Positions 1 to 11,954 of a DNA stretch of 64,000 nucleotides are shown here, piece after piece; position 1 is the stretch's first letter; each line of letters begins with the position of its first letter. The translations under genes and the position numbers were made by a program. The notes beneath the pieces are model-generated. The model searched no databases and had not been told where the DNA came from. It was given only the letters and a program-made list of their open reading frames with translations. The stretch covers positions 86,993,285 to 87,057,284 of the forward strand of contig NC_068983.1 of the NCBI RefSeq assembly GCF_001194135.2. Direction: 5' to 3'. The DNA comes from Octopus bimaculoides. Taxonomy: Eukaryota.

Positions 1-297
1 GATTTTTTTTCCTTTCTGCGCACAGTACAAAAATCAAAGGATTTTTTTCCCTTTGAACAGCATATCGAGAAATTAATGTTTTGTAATTAAACACTTTCAA
101 ACTTCGGACACTAGTAGAATGTGTCATATAAAACATCTTTTACTCTTAGTGCTGTTAAGAAAAGTTTATATTTTCAAAGTTATTTCGTGTTAAAGTTGTC
201 TTTCGGTAATTTCAACCAATCAATGACGTGTATTCAGCTGAATTAAATTACTGCCGTTGTTTGTCAACAACTATCGGTGGGGTATATTTCGTTTGTC

Positions 298-1345
298 ACA
301 TTCCAGATGTTTATTGACGAAGTTGTCCGTGGACTTGACTGTGTGTTCGAAGCTTCCTTATTTCGTGAATTATCATGAATCCTAGGTGTTCAACCAGCCA
401 CCATCCAGCTTCCAACGGGATGGTCGAACGTTTTCACAGGCAACTGAATGCCGCTCTATGCGCCACTCCTGATCCGCAGTCTTGGACAGAATTCTTGCCT
501 ATCGTTCTTCTTGGTTGTCGCACTACCGTTAAAACAGACTTAGGTTTCTCCTCTGCCAGGCACTTCCTGGTACAATGTTAGCACCAGCCAATTCATCGCA
601 TCCTGATCCAACGTCGTATGTCACCAGACTTCGCTCGCATTTCTTGAGTCTTTCACCAATGTATCCGCGTGACAATCTATTCCCTCTCATGTCCCAGCGG
701 ACATTGACAAGTAGACTCATGTTTTTGTTCGGGATGGTTCAGTCAGAGGACCGCTCGTTTCTCCCTATAAAGGACCGTTTCGTGTGCTATCGCGCACACT
801 CAAAACTTTTAGTCTCGACATCAATGGTCGGGCACAGACCGTGTCAGTCGACAGACTTACAAAGGCATATTTTGAGGTTTCCACACCCTTCGATGACACT
901 CCGGCCGCGCCCACATTTGATCCTTTACAACCACCTACACATCCATCCGCACATGCACCTTTGACCACACTATCACCTACACCTTCACTTTCGTCGCCAC
1001 AACCTAACACACACAAACCTTGCCACCAGGACAGGCCGTGCTGTGAATTGGCCCAAAAAACTTACCAAAACTATTTATATCTGACAATCTCTTTTTTGTT
1101 TCCTGTGACAGACAATTGCTTTCTTGTGTTACTGAACAATTCCAATACTCTGCTATTGAAGATTTTGTCAAATTTTGTGCATGCCAATTTATATTTCTTG
1201 CAATTATTTTTCTTTTTGACTTGTCACATTTTTGTACCGTATCTTGTTGTTTGCGATCGGTTACCCTCTTTGCTCTTTTCTTGTGCCTGCTCCAGTTATT
1301 CTCTATTTTCGCACTGACGTTCTCAGGAGGGAGCCCCCGTAGCGA
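298..1345 (+). mobile_element. Gypsy/Ty3 LTR retrotransposon pol remnant: short RT fragment fused to integrase core and C-terminus, 3' UTR and polypurine tract
   Basis: 298-348 reads TFQMFIDEVVRGLDCVF (RT, just before YxDD). Integrase follows: HPASNGMVERFHRQLNAAL...WTEFLPIVLLGCRT (375-581), then PYKGPFRVLSRTLKTFSLDINGRAQTVSVDRL (GPY/F region, about 765-870). PPT-like aggagggag at 1325-1333. Frameshifts and stops present. Confidence 0.9.
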
Positions 1346-1418
1346 GGCACAAAAAAACCAACGTTATTTTGAAACAGCGAGATCTCGCCTGCAACCATTG
1401 CCATACGCGAGACAAAAA

Positions 1419-1540
1419 CGACCCCGAAATGATGAAAGGCAAAGTCGATCTCGGCGGAATTTGAACTCAACGTAAAGACGGATGAAATGCCGCTAAGCAT
1501 TTTGCCCGATGTGCTAACGATTCTGCCAGCTCGCTGCCTT
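1419..1540 (-). mobile_element. tRNA-derived SINE family A, 5' half
   Basis: Reverse complement matches the head and body of the full copy at 1671-1885 (aaggcagcgagctggcagaatcgttagc...ctttgcctttcatc). Confidence 0.85.
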
Positions 1541-1670
1541 ACAATACTTCAATAATAACGAGTGGAAATTTACCCAGGAACACTTGCTGCATGAAAACTG
1601 AATAGTAAACTGGGCACTAACATTCTTGATGTAGACATCCAAGAAGTTTTAACTTAATATTACACCCTTA

Positions 1671-1885
1671 AAAGGCGGCTAGCTGGCAGAAACGTTAGCA
1701 CATCGGGCAAAATGCTTAGCGGTATTTCGTCTGTCTTTACTTTCTCAGTTCAAATTCCGCCGAGGTCGACTTTGCCTTTCATCCTTTCAGGGTCGATAAA
1801 TTAAGTACCAGTTGCGTACTGAGGTCGATCTAATCGACTGGGCCCCTCCCCAAAAATTTCGGGCCTTGTGCTTAGAGTAGAAAAG
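1671..1885 (+). mobile_element. tRNA-derived SINE family A, full length with 15-bp TSD
   Basis: A-box-like gctggcagaaacgttagc, B-box-like agttcaaattcc, body ctttgcctttcatcctttcagggtcgataaattaagtaccag. TSD aatattacaccctta at 1656-1670 and 1886-1900. Confidence 0.92.
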
Positions 1886-2416
1886 AATATTACACCCTTA
1901 GTAATGGGAACAAAACTTATCTATCATTATTCACACTGATTTTGTTAGATTGATTTTCTATAATGTAGATTTTTTAAAGATGCTAAGGTCGTTAATGTCA
2001 TGTTATAAAGAGTACTGTATATAAGAGTACTCTTTATCTTATCATATGTATTGAGAAATCTAGATAGTGAACTGAAAAAGTGGTGGAAAACACTGAAAAC
2101 GTTAAGAAGCACAGGTATATAACTACGAGTTCCCTAGTAACTGTCAGAAATTTGAGATGATGCTTTATCAATGAGTAGTAATAGTAGTAGTAGTGGTGGT
2201 GTTGGCAGTGGTAGTAGTAGTTTGGTGTATATATGTATATGTATATGTATATCGTTCGTAAAAAAACATAAACCCGAAAGAACAAGCACACTCCAAGATA
2301 TAGAGCAGTATATATTTAAAATGGAGAAAGCCGGTTTGGGGGATCTGACTATACGCCATAAAGCTAAACCTTGTAAGGACGGGAAACCTAAAGTAATCCC
2401 ATAAACCGGTTTTCCC

Positions 2417-2418
<2 letters not shown>

Positions 2419-2492
<74 letters not shown>
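2419..2492. repeat. (AT)n microsatellite, one of many in the window
   Basis: Directly visible perfect dinucleotide run. Confidence 0.98.
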
Positions 2493-2494
<2 letters not shown>

Positions 2495-2535
2495 TCACAC
2501 AAAATATGAGGGTTTAGTTCACAGGTGATCTAAAC

Positions 2536-2814
2536 CAGGGGTTTTCAAACTTTTTGACTTGTGGACCCCTTTATATTTCAGGCTTTACCTTAGGGACCCC
2601 CTTATAAACGCTTATGAAATTCATACATAAATATTTGCTTAAAATAACATATATTTTTAAATTTATTTATTTAACAGTATTTAACAAATAGGTTTATTGT
2701 CAATTAAACGATTTCGATTAAAAAACATATATAAAATCAAATTGCCCATAAAAAGTATTTGCTGTCCACGGACCCCCTGTCTTGTCCTTGCGGACCACAG
2801 TTTGAAAACCCCTG
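2536..2814. mobile_element. hAT-type MITE
   Basis: TIRs caggggttttcaaact / agtttgaaaacccctg. Perfect 8-bp TSD atctaaac at 2528-2535 and 2815-2822. Confidence 0.93.
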
Positions 2815-3011
2815 ATCTAAACGACTAGGTACGCTAGGTAAGTGCTGTAACGGTTTACTAGGGCTCCACGGTTATAGCCGAGACGGTAGTTATGGAGCCA
2901 TTGCAGATTTCCGATATAGCAGATATATAATTGTTAAAGAAGACAACACGCGTTAAGGCAAGGCAAACATCTTAAGTCATATACATTATTATTATTGGAA
3001 AAAAATTCAAA

Positions 3012-3050
3012 GTCTTACAGCTGTTTCTGGGATATTCCGTCATCGAAGAC
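3012..3050 (-). ncRNA. Degenerate minimal type I hammerhead ribozyme motif (Penelope-like)
   Basis: Minus strand reads gtct-TCGATGA-c-gga ata tcc-ca-GAAA-cagctg-TA-agac. Stem I gtct/agac, palindromic stem III, core mutated. Confidence 0.5.
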
Positions 3051-3688
3051 AAATAGGGAAAATGAGAAGGAGGTAGACTAATTAAATGACAACATAGAGG
3101 ACGTTTACACTATCAGTACTTTTACCTACATGGATTTACACAGGATTACACCTAAGGACTTACGGATTTACTTCTACACGATCGGAAAGTCGAACTGAGA
3201 ACTTTTATGTCTATTTTTTCTTCCCTTTCTTCATCTCCTTATTCCTTCTCTCCTGTCCTCTATGTCGTCATTTCATTAATCTACACCCTTCTCAGTTTCC
3301 CTATTTGTCTCCGATGACGGAATTCGAACCCCACACTCCAGTTAACGTCATTGAACGTTTTAAGAAAAAAAGAAATTTTTTGACACGTGTTATTTTATTT
3401 TTGTCTTTCTCCTTGTGGTAAATATTTTTTCTAACTGTATTTGCTTGAAAAAACATACTTTTCTTTATATTAAGCAATTCATTGTAATTACTTTTACGAT
3501 GTGCCTAAATAAAAACCATTGTTATAGATCAGCATTTCTCAACCTTTTTCGCGATTTGGCTTCCCTTGGACGTTGAAAAAATTTATTTCGGCTCCCCTGT
3601 GTTGATGAAAAATTTAATCCAGCTTCCCATTTATCTGAGATAGACCGGCCGGCCCATGACAAATCTGACAAAAGTGGAGACCCGCAGA

Positions 3689-5485
3689 ATTTTTTCTTTA
3701 TTCGGCACTTACGGCCACAACACAGAGGGGGACACTACAAGGACAGACACAACACTACAATGGGGATATAAAACATAAAACGAATGACAATGAGATGTTA
3801 TATAATGAAGAAATGAAATGGCTGCACGGGCCCCATTACCATGCAGTACCATTTGAACGTTTATATACACTATTTCTATTTACCATCATTCACTTTTTTT
3901 CTATTGTTTTTTTAAAATTATCTTTTTTTCTTTCTTTCTTTTTTAATAACACAAAACACTTTTTTTCCTTCTTTTTTGTTCTTTTTATTCCCGACAATTT
4001 TACTATTTTTTCTTTTTTTTTTTAATATCTCATAAACGGCTCCAAGTCCTTGAGTTCGATTACTGGTGGCAGCTCGTCGAACTCCACCGCTACTCCGGGC
4101 ATGTCAATTTTTTCTCTGCACATGTCTTTTAGTTTCCTGTATGTGTCTTTATCGACCACAATGGCCTTCACATTTTCAGAGTACACATCTGTGGGTAACT
4201 TTACTCTTATAATATGCTTAAATTTTAGAATTTTTTTCTCTGTCTCCTTGTTTTTTGAATATGTCACAAAATTCCATTTGCTTTTTCCTTTCTTCTTCTA
4301 CTACTGGTGTCTTTCCCTCTTCAACTCCAAACAATTTCTCTATTTCTCCTTTGCACAGTTGCATTCCCGAATCTTTTTCCTTCGCTGCGACAACCGGCGT
4401 CATTAGCACTGTTTCCTCCTTCTGTAAATCCACCTTTTTAATTTCCTTCTCTCTTTCTTTCTCCATCACCTCTTCGTCTGCCTTCCCTCTGGTCACAGCT
4501 TTCTTTTCCACCTCTTCTTTTTCTGGTTCTCTGGTGGCGAGTTCGTTCTTCCACGTCTCCTTCGTTTCCTTTCCACCACCGTGAATCCCTCCTCCGTTGT
4601 ATTTTCTTCCATCTCTACCTGTATTACCTGGTTCGTGCTCTCCTGCTTTTCTGTCGGTTCTCTCTGTGGGCATCTCGCCTTCATGTGGCCTTTCTCCCCA
4701 CATGCAACACATATAGGCGGCCTGCCCTCCACTTTCACTCTCAATCTTAGGTCGTCGGGCAGCACTATCTCCTCATCGATTCTATTTAAATTTTCCACTG
4801 TTGCCTGGATAGTGAGTTCAATTCCATATCCCCAGTAACCCAAACTTTGTGTTCTTGTGGCCTTCACTATCTTGGCCTCTTCCTTCATATTGAACATTAT
4901 TGCTGTCATCAGCCATGCTTTTTCTAGCTCTGGGGATACGTTGCCTACTCGCACTCTGGCCACACGTTTGCCACAGTACGACGGCAACAGCACCCATTCC
5001 TCCGATCGTATAGCCTCCGTGGAGTTCTTAATAGCTTCTACTTCTGTTGCAAAGCGCACCTCCATGGTGGCATACTTTCTTGTTCTTGTTACAAATGTTG
5101 TTTGCTTCCTGATACTTTTCAAGCATTCCTTAATCTCCTCCACTGTCGCGAGCTCTATCTTTCTTGTTGCAATTTTCATGGTTTTAAATACCACAGTTCT
5201 TTTTCTTACACGACTTATCAGTTCCACAGGCGGTATCAACTTCAGCGTGTCTCCGACTTTCGCCAGCAATTTCTTACATTCTTTCATTTTCTTTGGCTCT
5301 ACCTTAATTTCAATTGTTTCCAGTTTTCCTTCCTCTGTTCCTTTTCCAGCCGCAGCCGCATAACTCTGGCTACCCACCGGTGCTTTCTCCATTTTCCCGC
5401 AATGGGAAGAGAGAAAAAAACAACGAACAATATCAAAAATTAACAGCAATAATCAACAACCAATTTTTCAACAAAAAATACTCAA
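3689..5485 (-). mobile_element. L1/Tx1-like non-LTR element with ORF1, 3' UTR and poly(A) signal but no ORF2 (half-L1-like)
   Basis: ORF1 with SYAAAA N-terminal motif and CCHC knuckle. ORF ends at 4022. About 330 nt later comes AATAAA followed by an A-rich tail (gaataaagaaaaaa, about 3690-3705). No endonuclease or RT sequence is visible. Confidence 0.75.
4022..5392 (-). pseudogene. Gag-like ORF1 (about 455 codons) with CX2CX4HX4C zinc knuckle, two apparent frameshifts
   Basis: ATG at 5392 (MEKAPVGSQSYAAAAGK). Knuckle CVACGEKGHMKARCP followed by basic KRRRRGR. Continues in ORF-track frames 4218-4712 and 4022-4267. Confidence 0.8.
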
Positions 5486-6095
5486 CGTTCTAAGGAATTT
5501 AGACGCTCCAATAATGTGTAAGGGTACGCGGATGATTATCAAAAAATTGTGCTCCGGAGTTCTGTAGGCAACAATCTTGAATGAACCTGCCGCTGGCTAA
5601 GACATACTTATAACTCCCATGTCCCTTGCCCACTCTGATACGACCTACAAGTTTAAACAGATGCAATTTCCCATCAAACTCTGCTTTCTCATGACAATCA
5701 ACAAGGCGCAGGGACAATCAGTGCAAGCGATTGGTTTGAATCTGACAGAGCAAGTATTCTCACACGCACAACTATACGTTGGCTGTCCCCATGGTCTTTC
5801 TATTTGTGCACCTAAGGGAAGGACGAAGAATGTTGTCTACCAAGAGGCACTCCAATGATAACAACGGCAACTTCAACTGCTCCAATTTCAACTCCGCGAT
5901 TTTTTCATCGTCCTGCCAGCCCACGTAAATCCAGTCTTGCTTTGCTCTCCTTACTAGCTCACCATGACATTCTTTTTTTTCTACCAAGATCCGTCGCCCA
6001 AACACCACTTAGTATCCACTTCTTCCTCTTTTTTGTGTCTTCGTTTCTCTCTTCGCGTCGTTCTCTGACCTGGTGAAACCGGGCTTAGCTGCTAG
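5484..6095 (+). mobile_element. Helitron 3' end: Pif1-like helicase C-terminus and intact 3' terminus
   Basis: Reads VLRNLDAPIMCKGTRMIIKK...FPIKLCFLMTINKAQGQS...VFSHAQLYVG...TKNVVYQEALQ* (stop at 5858). Hairpin cctggtgaaaccggg at 6069-6083, then CTAG at 6092-6095 followed by T. Confidence 0.92.
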
Positions 6096-6484
6096 TATAT
6101 ATATATATATATATATACACATACGTACAGATAATATGTGTATGTATGTATGTATGTAAGCCGTTTAAGAATCCATAAGTCAGGAATAAATGCACTCGTA
6201 TATCTGTCATAACGCTTATGAATGTGTGTAATAACAAACATAGAAAAAAGAACAGAGAACACTCAGGACTATTGCAGAGTGGATATTTGTGCGTTAAACG
6301 CGCTATAATAGGCTACTACACCGTTTCACCATTGTGGGTTATTCATATGACATGTACTATAGACTATATCCAACCCAGTACATTCCATCTGAATAATCTA
6401 CAATGGCAAAACTGTGCAGTAATGGTATCGGAACTAGACTATTATATGATTTAACACACACATCTGTATATATATGTAGATGCG

Positions 6485-6536
<52 letters not shown>

Positions 6537-6710
6537 NNNNNNNNNNNNNNNNNNNNNNNNNNNNNNNNNNNNNNNNNNNNNNNNNNNNNNNNNNNNNNNN
6601 NNNNNNNNNNNNNNNNNNNNNNNNNNNNNNNNNNNNNNNNNNNNNNNNNNNNNNNNNNNNNNNNNNNNNNNNNNNNNNNNNNNNNNNNNNNNNNNNNNNN
6701 NNNNNNNNNN

Positions 6711-6915
6711 TTAGAGGGCGTATTGAAAAGTTCCTGCCTTTGAGTAAAAGACAATACAAGAGAATCAGTTAATTATGAATTTATTCAACATATCCTCCTC
6801 TCAGATTCACACACTTATTGCAGCGGTCCTTCAGTTTTTCTAAGCCCTGTAAAAGAACTCGGAAGGTTGGGCCTCCAACCAGGCCTTTTGTGACATTCTT
6901 AAAGCCAGGAACTTT
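6711..6915. mobile_element. Mariner-like MITE, partial
   Basis: gagggcgtattgaaaagttcctg at the left end and complementary aaagccaggaacttt at the right. The left end abuts an N gap. Confidence 0.6.
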
Positions 6916-7737
6916 ACATGCCGGTATTTACTAATGAAACTAAGTTCACCGATTGTGAATTTATTATTTAGGTATAGAATCTGAAGGTTTCGAACAGTTG
7001 TCCGTAGTTATCCTCCCTTTCTTTGATTTTCAAAGTGATATGTACGTCAGTAGAGTGGCTGACCTCTTTAATGGTACATATCTCCCCTTGTCCATCCCAA
7101 ACAACCATATCTGGTCTGTTGTTTGCACTTGGTAGATTTTTCGATGGCAATATTCCACCAATATTCCTTGTGCTGATGTTTATGTATGTATTCAAAAACA
7201 GGAGTATTCTCTATCTTTATCTTAAGATAGTTTTTTTTTTCCGAATAGCAATATATAGTGTTTTAGCGACAACATTATGTATTAGGAAGTAGTAATTTTA
7301 TGACATTTTTGGGACAGCTACTGATCACATGTATGATGTCTTCTACTGAAATGTGATATAATCAACATTTCCGGTTGTATTTTGGGATTTCCAAAAGCTT
7401 TGCTGTTTCTTTTCTTTATTAGGTATTTTGTTGCAATCTCCTGCTTTTGGATTACAAACATGACCTTCGAAGTTTCGTATAATGTAGCAGTCGCGACTTC
7501 AAGAAAGGCTGTTGATATTAACGTCAAGTCTTGGGGAAACATATCCAAGCATAGTCCGTTTCTTTTTATCTATGCTGAGCGTTTCACACTCAATACTTCT
7601 TTGGAGTATGTTAGGCTAGCTGTTTTGGGGTTGTATGGGTGGTAATCAGGAAGACAGTACTTCCTGGGAACCCCTACCAACACGCAGAATGTTCTTTTCA
7701 TTTTTTAACACTAGTTTGTTTATATATACATATATAT

Positions 7738-7784
<47 letters not shown>

Positions 7785-10700
7785 AAACTACCTATCGCCA
7801 TTAGATACAAACTACTATCGCCATTACATACAATCTTCTCATTTAAATATAAATAAATGCGAGCGTAGTAGAGAACCCATTCCTTGTCCATCACGTGACT
7901 GATCATTATTNNNNNNNNNNNNNNNNNNNNNNNNNNNNNNNNNNNNNNNNNNNNNNNNNNNNNNNNNNNNNNNNNNNNNNNNNNNNNNNNNNNNNNNNNN
8001 NNNNNNNNNNNNNNNNNNNNNNNNNNNNNNNNNNNNNNNNNNNNNNNNNNNNNNNNNNNNNNNNNNNNNNNNNNNNNNNNNNNNNNNNNNNNNNNNNNNN
8101 NNNNNNNNNNNNNNNNNNNNNNNNNNNNNNNNNNNNNNNNNNNNNNNNNNNNNNNNNNNNNNNNNNNNNNNNNNNNNNNNNNNNNNNNNNNNNNNNNNNN
8201 NNNNNNNNNNNNNNNNNNNNNNNNNNNNNNNNNNNNNNNNNNNNNNNNNNNNNNNNNNNNNNNNNNNNNNNNNNNNNNNNNNNNNNNNNNNNNNNNNNNN
8301 NNNNNNNNNNNNNNNNNNNNNNNNNNNNNNNNNNNNNNNNNNNNNNNNNNNNNNNNNNNNNNNNNNNNNNNNNNNNNNNNNNNNNNNNNNNNNNNNNNNN
8401 NNNNNNNNNNNNNNNNNNNNNNNNNNNNNNNNNNNNNNNNNNNNNNNNNNNNNNNNNNNNNNNNNNNNNNNNNNNNNNNNNNNNNNNNNNNNNNNNNNNN
8501 NNNNNNNNNNNNNNNNNNNNNNNNNNNNNNNNNNNNNNNNNNNNNNNNNNNNNNNNNNNNNNNNNNNNNNNNNNNNNNNNNNNNNNNNNNNNNNNNNNNN
8601 NNNNNNNNNNNNNNNNNNNNNNNNNNNNNNNNNNNNNNNNNNNNNNNNNNNNNNNNNNNNNNNNNNNNNNNNNNTCTATCTGCTGTAATAACTCACACAT
8701 GTATCACTCACATACACACTTTTCTTTGTATGACGGCCTGTCTTTGATTATGTTCTTATATGTCGCATTCACACTCTCACACAGACATACATCTTTAACG
8801 CTATAATAAATATCTCTGTTATTCATCTTATTTCGGTTGTGGTCTTTCATTGCTGGTCATCTATGTTATCGTCGCATAACATATCATGTATATCATCCAT
8901 TGATATATTATTGTATGTTCGACCGTGTGACTCGTGTAAATAAAAGGAGTCCTCTGTTTTTTCCATTCGTCACCATTTCTCCTTTTATGAGTTCGCACGG
9001 TCGTTCCTTATATATATATATATATATATTGTTGCTTTTGTTAGCCGGTGGTGCCTTAGAGATACTATACAAGATTCGAAGGCTGTGTGAACCTTATCTG
9101 AAGCCTCTACCTGCTTCATCTCTTCTTGAATATCGCTGTCTCTGAAGTTTCCTGTTGATGTCAGGATCTTGCGGATTTTAATGTCTATGGGGTGGATTTT
9201 CTCTACAGATCCTAAATGTTGGTATTAGCACTGGTACTGCAAATGCATTGTAAGACGAGAGCTCCAACTGCTATATTTGTCTAGGTCTAGTTTAGTTTCC
9301 TTTTTAGGCGAAGCTCCTTTACCTTCGCTCCTCTTTATTCACAGCACCTTCGTATTATATATTTTCATCAATACCAAGGCATTTGTAGCATTCATTAAGT
9401 GTAATACGAGATATAAAAAGACCGTTGATACATACAGGGGTTGGACAAAATAAAGGAAACACCTAGCATCATAATTTTGAAATATCCATAAAACCGTCAA
9501 AAGCTTGTTTATTTTTATGTTTTTTTTATTATTAGTGTTGCTTAATATGTTTTGCTAACCTTGCTGTTTCTTTTCAGATATCATCAGAAAAAGGTAATTA
9601 GAATTCATTAAAATGACAGATCTATCGGACTTTCAAAGAGGTCAAATTGTTGGTGTTCGTATGGCAGGCGCTAGCGTTACGAAAACAGCCGAAATGTTTG
9701 GTATATCAAGAAGTACTGTCTCGAAAGTAATGACAGCCTTTGAGAAAGAGGGAAAAACCTCGTCGAAACAAAAGGATCACAAAAGTACAGCTCCCTAAAT
9801 TACTGCAGAGCTTAATGACTATCTCGAGAACCCAGTTTCCACAAATACTGTTCGCCGGGAGCTGCACAAAGCCGGATTTCACGGGAGGGCTGCAATCAGA
9901 AAACCACTACTATCAAAAACAAACGTTGCAAAGCGTTTAGAGTGGAGTAAAAACCTACAGAATTGGTCCCTAGAGCAGTGAAAGAATGTTATTTTCTAAA
10001 ACGAGTCATCCTTTACCTTATTTCCAACTTACCGGCTGAGTATACGGTGTGGAGACAGTCAAAAGAAGCATTTGACCCAGACTGCCTTCTTCTAACTGTT
10101 AGACATGGAGGAGGATCTGTTATGATCTGGTGAGTCTATATCTTGGAAATCTGCCGGCCCAATGGTTTCCCTTCATGGCAGAATTAATAGTCAAGACTAT
10201 TTAAGCATTTTATCTAATCAAATTCATCCTACGGTTGTGGAACTGTTTCCAGAGAAACGCAATCTTTCAGGATGAAAATGCACCAATTCAACAGCTAAAG
10301 TTGTTACTGAATGGCATGAGGAACATTCTAGTGAAGTTAAACATCTTATCTGGCCACCACAGTCCCCAGATCTCAAATTACTGAACATTTATGGTGCATT
10401 TTAGAAAAACAAGTAAGGAGTCGATATCCTCCACCATCATCACTACAAGAACTGGAGACTGTTTTAGCTGAAGAATAGACGAAAATTCTATTGGAAACAA
10501 TTCAAACTTTGTATGAGTCCATACCTCGTAGAATTGAAGCTGTAATTACTGCCAAAGATGGTCCTACCCCATATTAAAATTAATTTGCTTGAAATTATAA
10601 GGTGTTTCCATTATTTTGTCCAACCCCTGTAGGTTTTGGGTTTGAAGAGGCTGACTTTTCCTCCTTTAATAATCAAATATGAATTCCGCTCCTATGTTAG

Positions 10701-11790
10701 CTGAAGATGTTATTAACACCAACTGTCTTTCGGCTTTTTAAACATTTTTAGCATAGATCATCCACAAATAAATGAGTTATATTGATATCTCTAACAGTTG
10801 TAGAGTCCAGCGTGTAACAACTGTATTTTTTGTAAAAGAAATGGTAATAAATAAACTTACAAAGAGACTATCTCCTCCCTTTGAAATATTTCTAACATCG
10901 GAAGATTGCCGTGTGGGTTGTTGTCTAGTAGTTGTCAGTGTCTCAGTGGCAGCGACTAAGGTAGTAGGTACTTTTGCCAAGTACAGAGTCATCAGTAACC
11001 ATGATTGGGTCCATAAAGTCGAATGCTTTCCTATAATCAAAGCATATTGTCATATGGCTTCTGTGATGTTTTCTTACTTCGCAACACAGCCTTGCTCAGA
11101 AACTATCCGGCACATCCCCATACTCCATTCTTTCTACTTGCCAGCACATCAGTCATTATGTTGTTGAATTCACAATGAGTCTGGAGTAACTGATTGAGGC
11201 AGCTTGTGTAGTTTGTACATAACGCTTAGGAAAGCAATGGGTCTAAAGTTTTCAGCCAACTCAGTAATTTCATTCTTGGCTACAAGATTCGTGCATGCCA
11301 GTTTGGTATGTCCATCTGATTTCTCACAGTTCCTTTGAATATACAAATTAATGGCTTTCTGTAGAAGGTGGTCAACCTCTTTTATCAGTGTCCAACTATT
11401 AGATCTCTATAGATGTAGCTTGTCAACAGCTATGGACAGCTATGAAGGTTTCGGGGTCGATTGTGCATGTTTTACTGTCGATGTTGGTGCAGTATCCTTT
11501 CCTAATTGTATTTCGCTGCGATGTATTCTGGTTAAAATCTCTCTTTTGGTTCCATAACTTAGACCAGAGTAAGTCAAATCTTCTTGAGAAGGAGTTTCTT
11601 AACGGTATTGTCTTCCTTCTTCATCTTCCTGTGTAAGGCCCGTGGATTAAAAGCAAAATTGTGATTTATAGTGACTCAAAGTTTGTTTTTTTTTTCTAGG
11701 ATAACGGAGCTTTTTTCACTCAGCGTCCTGAGTTCGTGCTTCAAAGTAATTACCTTTTCCTCAGGGGGCTCGGCGTGAATAGTCGCCATA
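6915..11790 (-). mobile_element. R4/Dong-type (RLE) non-LTR retrotransposon, fragmented and interrupted by Tc1, microsatellites and a gap
   Basis: Collinear minus-strand motifs: ENFRPIAFLSVMYKL (about 11240); AFD..TQSWLLMTLYLAKVP (about 11000); YKCLGIDEN...IDIKIRKILTSTGNF (9150-9380); IQKQEIATKYL...VEDIIHVISSC (7310-7460); NRPDMVVWD...CTIKEVS RLE motif (7060-7120). Confidence 0.85.
9435..10629 (+). mobile_element. Tc1-family DNA transposon with disrupted DD34E transposase
   Basis: 30-bp TIRs caggggttggacaaaata(a/a)(a/t)ggaaacacct with 1 mismatch and TA TSD. Transposase 9613-10577: MTDLSDFQRGQIVG...TVRRELHKAGFHGRAAIRKP...WPPQSPDL. Internal deletion near 9770, stops and frameshifts, catalytic Asp residues altered. 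Confidence 0.95.
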
Positions 11791-11954
11791 AAGTAGTGTT
11801 TGTGTATATATCTATGTCTGCATGTATGTGTGTATGTACGTACGTACGTGTGTATGAATGTATGTATTATGTGGGTGTGTAATAAGGAAGGTATATAGGT
11901 AGAGAGGGTGGGAGGATGGGATAGAGGTATATGTGTGTGCACCCACAATGTAAG

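Noticed and set aside
1-295. Possible non-autonomous element upstream of the Gypsy fragment
   Set aside because: It looks repeat-like, but no terminus, TSD or second copy is visible in the window.
4050-5443. Plus-strand ORFs of 85-168 aa
   Set aside because: Antisense shadows of the purine-rich ORF1 on the minus strand.
6403-8806. Long ORFs containing X runs and YIYI/HTHT repeats (also near 24.3-25.0, 26.8-27.4 and 39.8-40.3 kb)
   Set aside because: Artefacts of N gaps and dinucleotide microsatellites.
11676-11790. MATIHAEPPEEK... as a host gene start
   Set aside because: It is collinear and co-oriented with the R4-type LINE ORF and best read as part of it.
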